A stretch of 64,000 nt of DNA from Perkinsus chesapeaki ATCC PRA-425. Lineage: Eukaryota; Protista; Perkinsozoa. Below the pieces are notes generated by a model. That model saw nothing but the letters and a program-made list of their open reading frames with translations, did not search any database and was not told the origin of the DNA. Positions 36,701 to 47,988 of this stretch are shown here, one piece after another. The position numbers were made by a program, and so were the translations under genes. Each line of letters starts with the position of its first letter. The first letter of the stretch is position 1. Location of the stretch: contig JAAPAO010000027.1 of the NCBI GenBank assembly GCA_013115145.1, positions 1 through 64,000 of the forward strand, given 5' to 3'.

Positions 36701-37350
36701 ATTTCTTGGCCAATCAAGATCTATCCAAGCAGCTAGTGGACCTGCTGTATCTCGCTCTTGGAGGTCGACGCGAGGACTTCGGTGTCGCGAAAGATGCCTG
36801 GGTCGGCGGAGCGAAGGTGGGGGCAGCTCATTGAGTAGCGATTAAGTTTTTGGCCGAAATAAAGGATTCACCTTTTTCCTTTATTTGTCGAGTGGTCGAG
36901 TACTGTCTGACTGTGTACTTAATCCTCCTTATCAGACTGCCCATGGACAATCACGAGTCGTGATTCTCGATTCGGGAGTCTCGAGCACTTTGAAATTGCC
37001 ACTAGAAAGTTTCTCCAAGCTTTGATGCTCCCTTTTCCCGGTGGTCCCCGATCGATGCCTGTGTTCGGGACCCAGGTTATCTGCAGACGGCTGTCACCGT
37101 TCGCGGGCCCCTACAGATTGGATATAATGAAAGTTGAGGAGCAACTCGACCAGCGGGAACTTGAAACGCTGGACGCTTTCAAGTCTGCCATAATGGTGAG
37201 GAGTGAGTAATGCGGATGCCCTAGTGCGTGACCTTTCAGACGGTATTGGCGGGCAGACGTAGCGATCTGGACGCTACGAAATATCGATCGAACTGCCTCG
37301 CCCGATTCGAGGATCTGGTGGAAGTCCTCGAGGCATGCGCATTAAACTAA
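33717..37350 (+). CDS. UBL-TPR-like family paralog P5 (long form with TPR-like exons)
   Basis: LRVIVHCDDP...RAMP / DKTCQTFLHQTCDHFG...LWKLVW / IEAVGIHHDDTLSLV...KRK. TPR-like exons YIEAVGHCRRALELL and IRGEIYLLQGLTVEAIKHYKEVL, then LGLIIALCGG and AWVGGAK. Last exon ...SNCLARFEDLVEVLEACALN*. Start could be 33717 or 33771. Confidence 0.72.
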
Positions 37351-37445
37351 GCTTCTGTTATGCAATTAATTCGATACCAATTTCCGTTCAAAGTGTTGAG
37401 TTCATCGAGTCATGTAATTTCGTGGCGCGCTCTGTTCAGTATGAG

Positions 37446-38786
37446 ATGGGTATTCGACCACCATTAGCTGGGGCCTTACTGCCTTCCCAAGCGTTTGGTG
37501 TTAAAGTTGCCGGCCAAAGCGTTCTGAGATGGACGCGTCTGATTGCTGCCAAACTACTCGACCGCCCCCTTGAGCTCGGCACTGACAAGTGCATTCCAAC
37601 ACTGCTCGTTTTTCTGAGGTCCCCGGGAAGTTCAGATGTGACATTCCCACCAATGCCGTTGGTCGATGACTTGTCCTATTGTCTGCGTTCTATCCAGACG
37701 GCAAGGTCACCTCGACAGGATAACGGTTACCTGCCTGGTCTGGCCAACTGGTCCAAGCATCCGGTACAACTTAATTTGGTCCGCGAGTGTGCCCTGGCCA
37801 CTAGGGATTTGCGTACAGTGTTGAGCCTAGACGCGACCATGGCCTCTTCGCCGGTGCGGTACTCTCGGATTCGACGCGATTCTGTTGTCTGTGAAATGAA
37901 GTGCTGGTCAGCGATCGAGCGTGTTCGCCGTTCTTTGGAGCGCGGTGCCAGTGACCCTCTTGGCCTGGTAGAGATCGAAGCTCACCTGCACAGGTTGCTG
38001 TGGTCTGGCCAAGTGCGGAGCTCTCGGATGCTAATGAGGCTTTGGCTGCTGCTGGAAGCGGCGGCCTCGACAGTGCTTGCAGCGAGGGCCGCGTCGGGGC
38101 GTCGAGAGTTCTTTGAAGAGAATAGGGAAAGACGGCGAAGGTGGCCGAGCCGCCAGCTGATCCTCTACGACTTGGAGACCGTCCACGACAGTTCAGCAGT
38201 GTTCGGTGACCAGAGCGATCTCAGATGGTTGGATCGAACTCGAGTCATTCAATTTGCCGCGATGAACTACTTCACCGGCGACAGCGTCTCAATGGACTGC
38301 CGATCCCCCTACAAGTGGTCCGAGCTGCCCAAGAGCGTCCAGTCGTTCTGCAAGGTCGCCGGATATGATACCAAACCGTTCAGGAGCGGTCTCCCAGCAT
38401 TCCCTGAAGCTTGGCGACAGGCCATGGTACCCTACCTGAGGGACCATAGTCGCCGAGGGCCGCTGGTCCTAGGGGCCTTCAACGGCAAGCATTTCGATCA
38501 CCGCGTTCTCAGTCGTTACCAGCTACCTGGTTTGCGAAGTGTAAGGCGCATCGATCCGCTAATAGCAGCAAGGAGGGTCGGTCGGCCTAGTGGTCTTGAG
38601 GGAGGCTTCTCCTTGTCGGCGCTGCACAACTGTATAGTTGGTGGTTGGTGTCCAGGAGCTCACACTGCTCTAGGGGACGTGTTGGCCTTGGTAGATCTGA
38701 TAAGACTGTGGCCTGAGCTTGCCGAGGCTGTAATGGAGGACGTTAACGGTGTCAATCGGTGGCGACAGGGGTCGATGAAGATGTAG
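37446..38786 (+). CDS. DEDDh 3'-5' exonuclease (RNase T/DnaQ/TREX-like) with an uncharacterised N-terminal half, single exon
   Basis: ExoI YDLET, ExoII FNGKHFD and ExoIII AHTALGDVLAL are all intact. ATG 37446 preferred because the longer ORF start overlaps the last exon of P5. Confidence 0.85.
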   Translation: MGIRPPLAGALLPSQAFGVKVAGQSVLRWTRLIAAKLLDRPLELGTDKCIPTLLVFLRSPGSSDVTFPPMPLVDDLSYCLRSIQTARSPRQDNGYLPGLANWSKHPVQLNLVRECALATRDLRTVLSLDATMASSPVRYSRIRRDSVVCEMKCWSAIERVRRSLERGASDPLGLVEIEAHLHRLLWSGQVRSSRMLMRLWLLLEAAASTVLAARAASGRREFFEENRERRRRWPSRQLILYDLETVHDSSAVFGDQSDLRWLDRTRVIQFAAMNYFTGDSVSMDCRSPYKWSELPKSVQSFCKVAGYDTKPFRSGLPAFPEAWRQAMVPYLRDHSRRGPLVLGAFNGKHFDHRVLSRYQLPGLRSVRRIDPLIAARRVGRPSGLEGGFSLSALHNCIVGGWCPGAHTALGDVLALVDLIRLWPELAEAVMEDVNGVNRWRQGSMKM

Positions 38787-39085
38787 TTGATGAATTAATT
38801 AATTCAGGTTGTTCAAAAAGTGAGAGGCGCTCCCGTTCAAGGGGTCCCTTGATAGATGCGTGGCTGGAGATCTCCTCTTGGGAGCCCCTATGAGTTTGAG
38901 AAGAGGTCTAGTAAACGCTACCTTTTTACTGCCACGCCGTCGGTGGTGACGAGTTTCCGGTGCATCGCTCCGCTTTTTTTAAATCTCGCCCGCCCATAAA
39001 ATCGATCACGCTTGTGATGGCACGAAGTTGACTTCCTTCTTTCCAAGCCCGGCCCAGTTGGTTGTACTTGTCATCGTTAAGCACT

Positions 39086-39613
39086 ATGGCGCCTGCTGTT
39101 AAGAGAATCGTCAAGAAGAAGACCAATAAGTTCAGACGTCACCAGTCTGACAACTTCATGCGCGTTCCCGTAATACTTAGATTCATCTTAGACTTGGCCG
39201 ATTTTCGCTTACAATTTTTGCCGTATTATTATTGTCGTTTTTGCAGGAGTCCTGGAGGAAGCCAAAGGGTATTGATTCTCGTATCCGTCGCCGTTTCCGT
39301 GGCACCACTTTGATGCCTAACATCGGTTACGGTTCGGACAAGCGCACCAAGTTCCAGCTCGCCAACGGCAAGTATGCTTTCCAGATCAGGGTACTAAATA
39401 GGGCTGCTCTTGGCCGGCGCAGGGTGTCATCTTTTATGGCTTCAGTCTCCCGCTGATATCGAGCTCTTGATGATGCACAACGAGAAGTACGCCGCCGTCC
39501 TCGCCAGCAACCTTTCCGGTCGCACTCGCAAGGCCGTCATCGAGCGTGCTGATCAGATCGGCGTCCAGGTGCTCAACAGGAACGCTAAGATGGCCGCCGA
39601 GGAGACTAACTAA
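39086..39613 (+). CDS. RPL32: 60S ribosomal protein L32 (eL32), 3 exons
   Basis: Exons 39086-39169, 39247-39390 and 39446-39613 give [17 protein letters not shown]...[19 protein letters not shown]...MPNIGYGS...IELLMMHN, the eL32 signature. Confidence 0.97.
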
Positions 39614-39786
39614 ATTGTGGAGCAGTTTGCGCTGCTTTGCAAGGACGTTGTTTCTGACAAGCAAATGGTGCTAGTCAACCAACGAGTTACCCTGGAAATG
39701 AATAATAATGTTGCGTTGTATAAGTCGGTATAATAAGAGGGGATGGCGGCTGGTTTCTGACACCTCTAGCCATCGGTGATCGATTA

Positions 39787-42601
39787 ATGTCGGCCTCTCC
39801 TCCTCACCCAGTTTCTATTCCGGCACCCTTCTCTCGGCCTCCGGATGGGTCTATTGAGAGGGTAATTGAAGTACCTCAGAAGGCTGTGGGAAAGGCCATC
39901 GGCAAGGGCGGTGATGTTATTAAACGAATTAGAGGCGAAACCGGCGCTAGAGTTGAGGTGAGGGCTTATGGGCATTTATTCTCTTCGTGGTGCAGGGGAG
40001 GGAAGTCGCACCATAGTTCGACTTTGGCGTCATTCGTCTTGTCTTCAATCCGTAGCTCCGCTGCTCCATGAAAGAGTTGGCAATTGTTATTTTTAATGGT
40101 ATTAGTATTCACGGCTGAAACTGTTGAGGGAAGTAGTTTTCGTGATACACTCGATTGCATGGCTTGTCGGGTTTGAGGGGGTTTCCCTCGAAACGGTACT
40201 CGACCCTATTGCAACTGATATACTCAACGCAGACTGGGCTGGTGGAATTGGTATCGAATACTAGAGAAGGGGAAAACTATTAAGTACCGCCCCCTGTCTA
40301 ACAAGAGATGTTGTTATTAAATGCTGAAAGTCCACAAAGTGTTGACAAGGACACGGAGCATCCAAATCGATCAACCGTTTCATATTCTTCGCATCTTAGG
40401 TTGATCAAAGTACCAAGGACCAAGGCTTCAGTCGCTTTGTAGTGTCCGCCTCCAATCCCGACGCTGTCGAGGTAAGTCCTTCCCACCATGCTCTACTCCA
40501 CCCGGGGGGATTTCTGTCCTTTCAGAGAGCCGTCGAACAGTTGAATGAAATCGTACGGTCCTGCGAATCCTGTGACTTCCTTCGTCCTGGCGATACTGAG
40601 CGTCGCGTGCCCCTGCCCGAGGACAAGGTCGGTGATGTGATTGGACCGCGAGCGTAATAATCTGATCCGGCTAACTAGTGGGAATCCTCCTTGTAGATGC
40701 GTTCTTGATGAGCTGAAGAAGCGCAGTGGGTGCCGTATGGACGTAGTTGTTAGCGTTCCCAGAGGAGAGATGAAATATGCCAGGATTGTTGGGCCGCCTG
40801 AAGCCGTAGGTCACTTACAAAGACCGTTTTTAACATATATTTTTTCTAATTTCTTTTATGAATTTCGATATGGTTGTCTATCTGTCTTGTCTTTTCTTTT
40901 TTGAATTCAGTTGAATTTTTTCAGTGCGCAGTCGGCGCATTCTTGGTGAATGAAGTCGTTAACGGGAATTTCGACGTCGGTGGCATCATTCATAAATACT
41001 CCCAACGGACCGGACAACAACTATATGACCCGAACCATGACATCCGAAGGAAAGGCGGCGGCCCGGGGCCCTTCTCGCCGGCGCCGATGGGCAAAGGGAA
41101 CTTCCCCGGCATGGGGCCCATGACCCCTGAAAGATTTCCGCCTCCTCAAAACTTTGCCCAGATGGCGAGACCAAATTTGAGAACTTCTCCGTACAGCGGT
41201 AAAGGGCAAGGCCACTGGAGCCGGCCATGTGAAAATAGTGGAAATTGGGTGGCAGCACAGAGCGGCGGCCCTGTCGGAGGGGGACCATATGGTGGAAGTG
41301 GTGCCGGACCCTTACCGGGAAATTATGCTACAGGCGGTGTTGGGATGAACAATTCAAAGTACGAAATTCGGGGAGATTTAAAATGGAATTTGCGAGCTTG
41401 CTGATGTGAATAAATCGATCGATTGATCGATTAGGCGTATCCTTTTCATTGTTAGTGCCATGCTGAAGTTCAAGATTCCTACGTTTGCCTATCAGAAGGT
41501 TATCGGGGTTAATAACGACGTGCTCCAGAGGATCGGTCGAGATACTCGTTCACAGATTGTAAGCCAGATGATCACTAGGGCCGAAACGAATTTCGTGGCG
41601 CGCGAACTAGTGTGTGTAGCTCTTCATTTACCAGCGATGGAAGAGAACAAATATTCCGGTACTTTTTTTTCTTGCAGAGTGAGCTCTCTGGGAGGGATGA
41701 AGTTGGTCAGGCTACACTGTTGATTGAAGCACCCTCACAGACAGCAGTCGATGTAAGCTGCTGAGGACGCAGGTTCGATTCCTAGCGCCGGTATTTTAGT
41801 CCGCTGTTCGCGAGCTTGAAGACGTTATTTTCACCTGCGAGAAGCCCATCCCGGGCCCGGGGGAGTCTCAGGAATTTTTGCCGATGAACGCCGCGGACGC
41901 TGCGAAGGTGAGGAGGTCGGCGGGAGAAAGGGGACAGATTTTGTGTCGGTCAGATGGAAGGTTATAGGAGTTCGGTGATTGATGAGCTGAAGAAGCGTAG
42001 TGGGTGCCGCATGGAGATCACGCTGGCTCGACCTGACGCAGACGCCGATGACAATATGCTTACGATTGTTGGCAGTGCCGAACAGGTGGGGAGAATATTA
42101 GCTTCGCTCCGCTAGGGATTTTGATCGGGATTGGGGGCCATTTGGTAGGGATCTGTTTGCTAATCATATCAATAATAATAATACGGAGCTTATGTACAAG
42201 GTGGCGTAGGGTGGTCGAATACGAAGGGATGGGCTCGACGTGGTCTAATAACACATTTACCGTGAAAATTATATAGTCGGGAACAAACATTGGGTTACAC
42301 ATTTACTCCGGGTTAGATGGTTACTTCTTCTGCACAGTGATTGATAATTTCTAGGTTAAAATCGGCATGATGTTGGCATCTCAAGTCCTATCTGGTCAAC
42401 TAGACAGTCAGTCCATCGAAAGCAGATTTAAGGAGGCCCACGCAGTTGCAGGTGGAACGGCCCGCGCCCGTGCTGCTCCAGCGGCTGGGCAATCGACGCC
42501 TCAGGACAACGTGAGCTGCTTCCGTGATTCCTTGAGAACGTCGGCTTTTCTTCCAGGCTGCCCGGCGACCATCGATGGGCCATCGCGCATCTCCCTACTA
42601 G
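39787..42601 (+). CDS. Multi-KH-domain RNA-binding protein (4 KH repeats, FUBP/KHSRP-like layout) with a Gly/Pro-rich linker
   Basis: KH1 IEVPQKAVGKAIGKGGDVIKRIRGETGARVE; KH2 PLPEDKVGDVIGPRACVLDELKKRSGCRM; KH3 FKIPTFAYQKVIGVNNDVLQRIGRDTRSQI; KH4 MEGYRSSVIDELKKRSGCRMEI. More than 10 exons; ends AARRPSMGHRASPY*. Confidence 0.82.
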
Positions 42602-42825
42602 AAGCTCTGTTCGAAGTACGTTTTCCATACCCGTATCATAGGTTCTTGTGTGCATCTTATTGGCAGGGGGTGTCGGGTTCGATTCCCAGGCCAGGCACTT
42701 TGAAGCATATAATCGAATGTTGCTCTGGAAGGTCAATTGACCAAAAGTCGATATCCAGCCCTTTGCCACTTCTTAGCTTCCCCGCCTTTATCTTTCAGCG
42801 ATTGATTCCAATTCACAATTTTTAA

Positions 42826-44382
42826 ATGATGCTCACAGTCGCCTCGACGACAGGGCCATTCCTGAGGTCCCCTTTTACTCGTATCTGGGCTCCAGCGTTT
42901 TCGCGGTGTATCGCTACAGCAGTTGCCACTAGTGCGCCCTTTGCTGGTTACAGTATCAAAACCGAGGGGCAGACACTGACTGACAAGTGCAGAGTTTTCT
43001 TTACCGCAGAACCGTCGGGGAAGGTTATATCCCCCTGGCACGACGTAGGGTGGTAATTAAGCACGCATGCGCACGGTGTAAATCTGGTCCAGATCCCTCT
43101 GTGGACGCGGCCAACGGAGAACTGGAAGGCGATGGGCATGCATTGTAATTATGTAGCTGAGATCTCCCGAGGGACGCGAGCGAAAATGGAGGTCGGTTGA
43201 TCGTTGTTAACTGTTTTGAGGCGATCGATGCGTCCATGTAGGTGGCCACGAAGGAGGCACACAATCCAATACGACAGGACACTCGGAAGGGCAAGCTAAG
43301 GTTCTATGGCAAGGACCCGTGCTTTAATTATGGGCTGCTGCCGCAGGTGGGAAGGGTGGGGCTTGTATAGGGGGGAAATGCTGCGTCATGAGGGGCGGTG
43401 TTGAGTATAGGAGACGCTCTACGACTGTCAGTAGCTGGATCAGTTAGTTGGCTTATGAGAGCCAAGGCTGAATGCTGTACACTCAGTTTGCCGCGCGTCA
43501 CATGTTCGCGCGTGCAGCTGGATACAGCAGAAGGCCCTTGACAGAAACTCCCCTGTAGGGATTTCTAGAAAGAATAGAAAGCCCTATGTTGTGTTGCCAT
43601 TGGACGTCATTCAGCGGCATGTGTTATGCACTCTCGATGCCTTTCGATGGCTCCCTACTGGCAGTCCTCATGGATTAGCTTTGCTGAGCGTGCATCTTTG
43701 AGCGTTCATAATTTTGGTCAGACCTGGGAGGATCCCTCGATCCAGGATCCTGAGACCAAGTTATTCGGGGACCGAGACCCTATGGATCTGGTAGAGCTCA
43801 GCGAGAAGCCTTTACCGACAGGAACTGTTACCGAGGTTAAAGTAGAATCCAAGGCGCCGATTGCGCCGATTGGTAACTGCTGCTCCCCGTGCTGGTAGGT
43901 TCTCGGATGCTTCTGTTTGCTCGATCAGGGTGAGGTTGACTGGAAGGTCCTTGCCATTGACACTGACAATGTAACCTGACATTTTAATGGGGAAATATTA
44001 AGTGGTCATCAGGCTTGGTCCAAGAGACTTGACTCGCTGGCAGATGTGGATGCATATATGCCCGGTCGAGTAGAAGAGATAATGGAATGGTTCTGCACGT
44101 ACAAGGTGGTGGTCAACGCGTACACAGCATTTCTCTTATTAGCTTTGTGTGGGCAGATGCTAGAGGGCAAACCGCGGAACCAAATTGGTTACGGTGGCAA
44201 GGCGCTCTCGCTGGAGAAAGCTCGGGAGATCGTCGTTGCTGCTCACGTAGGAATCAAAGCTCGAGTTAACTTTGCACTTTCCGAATTAGGAGCACTGGAA
44301 GAGTCTGCTCAAGAGCGGCGGCGATGACGACGGGGACTATTGGTTGCCCGAAAGCGTGCAAACTAACAAAAGTGGTTTCTGA
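42826..44382 (+). CDS. PPA: Family I soluble inorganic pyrophosphatase with N-terminal organelle-targeting-like peptide
   Basis: Spliced exons give SPWHDIPL, EISRGTRAKMEVATKE, NYGLLPQTWEDP, GDRDPMDLVE, DQGEVDWKVLAID and WFCTYK, the family I PPase motifs. N-terminus is Arg/Ser/Ala-rich. Confidence 0.93.
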
Positions 44383-44527
44383 GTTTCTATAGTAGACTTC
44401 AAGAACAGTGTTTGGAGTATTTAATCCAGCGCTTGTTGTCATTATTTTGGTCAGTTTTTACTCATTATAAACTGGTCTGTATCATCCCCTATTATTACTA
44501 TTAAGGATAATCAAACCTGGCACTAAA

Positions 44528-45655
44528 ATGGCTAGCAGTTTTTCACCTTTCATCGACTTGTGCTCACACGTGCCCCGTGACCGCGAGCACGGTAGCAGCG
44601 TCACTACTTTGACCTCTTCAGAGCACTCGTTACCTCTACAAGAAATTGACCATCAACAACAGCAGGTCGCTCCTTCGCAGGTGGCGCTGCTTTCTGCTCC
44701 TCGCCACTTTGGCCATCATCGTCATAAGTCCCAACCGCTGCCATCAAGGAGTATACCAGAGCTTGCATTCTGCTGCGACATGGAGGAGCTCTTGAGAAGT
44801 GCCGATCTTCTTTACGTATCTGGTCTGGGACCACTTCTACGCATTATACCTATCAAAGGTGGCCGCCCGATCGATTTGGGGTATCTCATGCTTCATCTTG
44901 GGCCCTCACTTAAAAGGATTCTTGTTGTAGCCCACGATTGGTTGCCTCTTAATGGGTCTCATATACAGGTCGACGCCGCCGTGGCTCTGTTTCACTCTGA
45001 GACTGGTCTCGCTCCACCGGATGTCAGTATGATTTCGGAGCTGGCCACGATTAGGCCCTATCGTTTACGCGCCGACGAAGGCCATACAATTGAAATTTTT
45101 GAGTCATTTCACGCCAACGACGGCTCGGCTGGTTGCTGCGGTATCGTCTCATATCCCGAGGTGATGAAAGTCCTACGCGGCGAGAGCAGACATCGCGTAT
45201 TGGTTATTAAGAAGGCGAGTCGTCTTGGCTTAAAGAGCGCTGTCACAATTAAGCATTCTCTCGAGGCCCTTATCGGCATTTCTGGTTCTGTCAAGCACGT
45301 CCTCATGCTACCATCATATTACATGTCACAGAATGGTCTGGACGGTATGAGCGATCTGTACAACTGTATGACTGCCCCCGAAGTGGGCTTTGTCGTTTTT
45401 ACTGATGATTTCTCCCCTCTTAGAGCTTTGGCCCTCACTCAAAAAGGGGAGCTTATAGTCAAGCCAGGTGTGTCTTTGCACTTGGCACTTTATGAGGGTT
45501 GTGAATTTTGTTCGAGAATCGATGAAGGAAGTGAATCTAATAGATTTGGCGGTGGAGGTGGTGGCTGTGGTGGTCTACGCGGCGGTGACGATATCTGTGA
45601 TTTCTCCTTCCTTGGCTTTTCTGCCCACTCTTCCACAGATTCGACTTCCTTGTAA
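44528..45655 (+). CDS. Hypothetical 375-aa single-exon protein
   Basis: Long ATG-initiated ORF with a low-complexity N-terminus and a globular alpha/beta-like core. No motif recognised. Confidence 0.7.
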   Translation: MASSFSPFIDLCSHVPRDREHGSSVTTLTSSEHSLPLQEIDHQQQQVAPSQVALLSAPRHFGHHRHKSQPLPSRSIPELAFCCDMEELLRSADLLYVSGLGPLLRIIPIKGGRPIDLGYLMLHLGPSLKRILVVAHDWLPLNGSHIQVDAAVALFHSETGLAPPDVSMISELATIRPYRLRADEGHTIEIFESFHANDGSAGCCGIVSYPEVMKVLRGESRHRVLVIKKASRLGLKSAVTIKHSLEALIGISGSVKHVLMLPSYYMSQNGLDGMSDLYNCMTAPEVGFVVFTDDFSPLRALALTQKGELIVKPGVSLHLALYEGCEFCSRIDEGSESNRFGGGGGGCGGLRGGDDICDFSFLGFSAHSSTDSTSL

Positions 45656-46579
45656 GTTATGGAGAACCATGCCCTAGATAGTATGGACTCCATAGTAGCA
45701 CCGACGTCAACGCGACAAGTATCTGGGTCTTGATTTCATCGCTTTTACTCTCCGTCATTTTTGCCTGTGCCAAGCAGTAGGATTAGTAATATTTTTTCAT
45801 TGAATATTGATTATAGCTCGAAGAGGTTCCCTTGAAGAGCTCAGAATGGCTTTACTGTTGATGATAGTGTCGTCACTTTTGAGGTTGGTCTTTTTCATAA
45901 AATGACTAGTACTTTTCACGTATACTGGTGGCTTCCTGCTTGTATGGTAACGACGAGATGTGATGCGGCCGGAAGCGACAAAACAACAAGAACTAAGGCA
46001 TCCTGTTTCGACACCACGAACTCCTTGGTCTTGTGTTCTCAAATCAGTTGCAGTTGTGGACGATACATCCCTTTCAACCGTTTGTGAGTCGGCACATTTC
46101 CTGCTTTTCCGGATGGCTGATTTGATCCACACAGTTTGATGCGCCGGAAGTATCCGGTGCGGCCCCAAGCGCTTGTCCGTAAGGCCGCCGCTTTAGTAGA
46201 GTCGCGCCGAACAGGAAAAGGGTTAGTACTACTCGGACGCTCATTCGACTCGATACGTCTCTTGAACATTTCTGAAATCAGAAATCCTGATCCCTCACAC
46301 TGACACTGTTACTAGACTCACTGTTGCCTGACTGTGACGCCAACGGCAGTTTCACAGCCTCCGAAACGTACAGGCCATCCAAGCGGCCTACTCACGCTAC
46401 TTCACAAGTACTCTACTGTGTCGCCGACACCGCCGTTGCACCACCGGCGAGTAGATGGGATTCTGTGACGGACCCCTATCAGGATTCAGTATAATCGTCG
46501 TCCATATTTTAATACCCTTGCTGGTGGTTTGCGTTAAATTTTGATAGTGAAAGTCTTCCACACCTACTCCTGTTGAGCA

Positions 46580-47988
46580 ATGCTGGCGACCTTAGCAGCG
46601 CGGTTGGCCGACGATCTTCACGCTTATATTGATGAGCGTATTCAAGAGATCATCAAGCTTGCCGAGCAGCAAGATAAGCTCATCGCAGATCTCGCTCGGA
46701 AAGCTCGTGAGGATGGAGGAGGCTCCGTGGCCAAGGTGGTCCATCTGTTCCGAGAGCCGCCGTTAGTGTCGGGCAGATGGCTCTTCCCGGCGTCAACAGC
46801 GCTACCTCTCGCGGCTCCATGCGGCGGCGGCCACAACGACGAGATGTAGAACAACAGCAACTGCCGTCATACAAAGATCTCTTGCGTGGTATTCTCGCCG
46901 GCATTGTATTTACTAACGCTTGGTTTATCAGCGATGGGAGGGAGCCCTACCGGTCAAGATTCCGACGCATCCCCGTTGGCCGAAGCCAAAGCAGAGTTCA
47001 CGCCCCTCCGCCCGTACTCGAAGCGTAGTCGAATATCTCAAGCCAGGAAGTAAGCGGGGAAGTTAGTCGCTTTGGTCTTTGCATTGTTGTTTCAGTACAT
47101 CGAGCGTGATCGACCCCCGTTCACCGGAGGTAGCGAAACCGCTGGTATTTGATTGCGATGCGGAAGTGGTCGAAGTCCGAAGCTCACCTGCGCGGTCGAC
47201 GTAATGAAATCGTTGGTTCACATGGACGGCTTTCAGTAGACCACAGAAGCCTCCGAAACGACCGAAGATCCCCCTAGGAGGATCTAGCAGCTCGAAATCA
47301 GTAGGCCAATGGTAGCCGATTGAATGCAGTCGACAGCTCAGCCTCTCGAGTCGATCGATGAAAATGCCCCACCGCGGGAGAACGACATCAACACACATCG
47401 AGCAGTGGTGCCGGACCCGACCAGGCCCGAAGAGCGGCCCAACGAGCGGGCAGTGGTAGGATTCGGTACTTAGCACTCGTGTTCATCTAGATGTGTTTCG
47501 TGGAATGGGCGTGTCTTGAAGAAAATGGTATCGCAAGTGTTTCCAGTTGTCATACCGTTTTCACTCGTCACCTTGAGCCTGTTATGAAGGCCGCTGGGGA
47601 ATACGGGGAATATGGGGAATGATATTTTCTGATAATTTATAATAACACATTACTGAGGTATCCACAATCACCAGTTTTATAGCGTTGCTGTTCAGGTGAG
47701 GGGGCGGGATGCCCGGCAGCAGCTAGATGGTTACGCTTGTCCTCAATGTACGGCTTTCTATTCAGCAGCCGGGTTCGATCCCCAGGGTAGGCACTTTTCC
47801 TCCCCCTGTTTAGTTGTTTTCCAGGTAACGCCTGCACTCACGGATCCAGCGAGGCGATCAATGCAGCGAGCCGGCATCGATACTATAAGCCGCCGACCAG
47901 TACCCCGTCCGGATTTTGGGACATTTGGTCCTTCCCGCCGTCCCCTGAAGGGCGCCGATCCAGTCTGGGCAACACTCCTGTAACATGA
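46580..47988 (+). CDS. RBBP8: CtIP/Sae2/Com1 DNA end-resection factor homologue (multi-exon)
   Basis: N-terminal coiled coil (YIDERIQEIIKLAEQQDKLIADL). The last two exons (intron 47787-47824) give VRGRDARQQLDGYACPQCTAFY...SRHRYYKPPTSTPSGFWDIWSFP, the CxxC + RHR + TPxxFW signature of the CtIP C-terminus. Confidence 0.88.

Noticed and set aside
37335-37445. Longer ORF-track start for the exonuclease
   Set aside because: Overlaps the last exon and stop of P5; ATG 37446 is more plausible.
41771-41783. tRNA T-arm-like AGGTTCGATTCCT
   Set aside because: Lies in a short (about 48 nt) intron of the KH gene; no D-arm, anticodon arm or acceptor stem.
42675-42687. tRNA T-arm-like GGGTTCGATTCCC
   Set aside because: The upstream sequence does not fold into a cloverleaf and has no A-box; isolated motif.
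44528-45655. Possible metallo-beta-lactamase/beta-CASP nuclease (FESFHANDGS) next to CtIP
   Set aside because: No HxHxDH motif; the resemblance rests on one His only.
45797-46269. Minus-strand ORFs of 123 and 76 aa
   Set aside because: Could not be spliced into a coherent protein and no motif was recognised.
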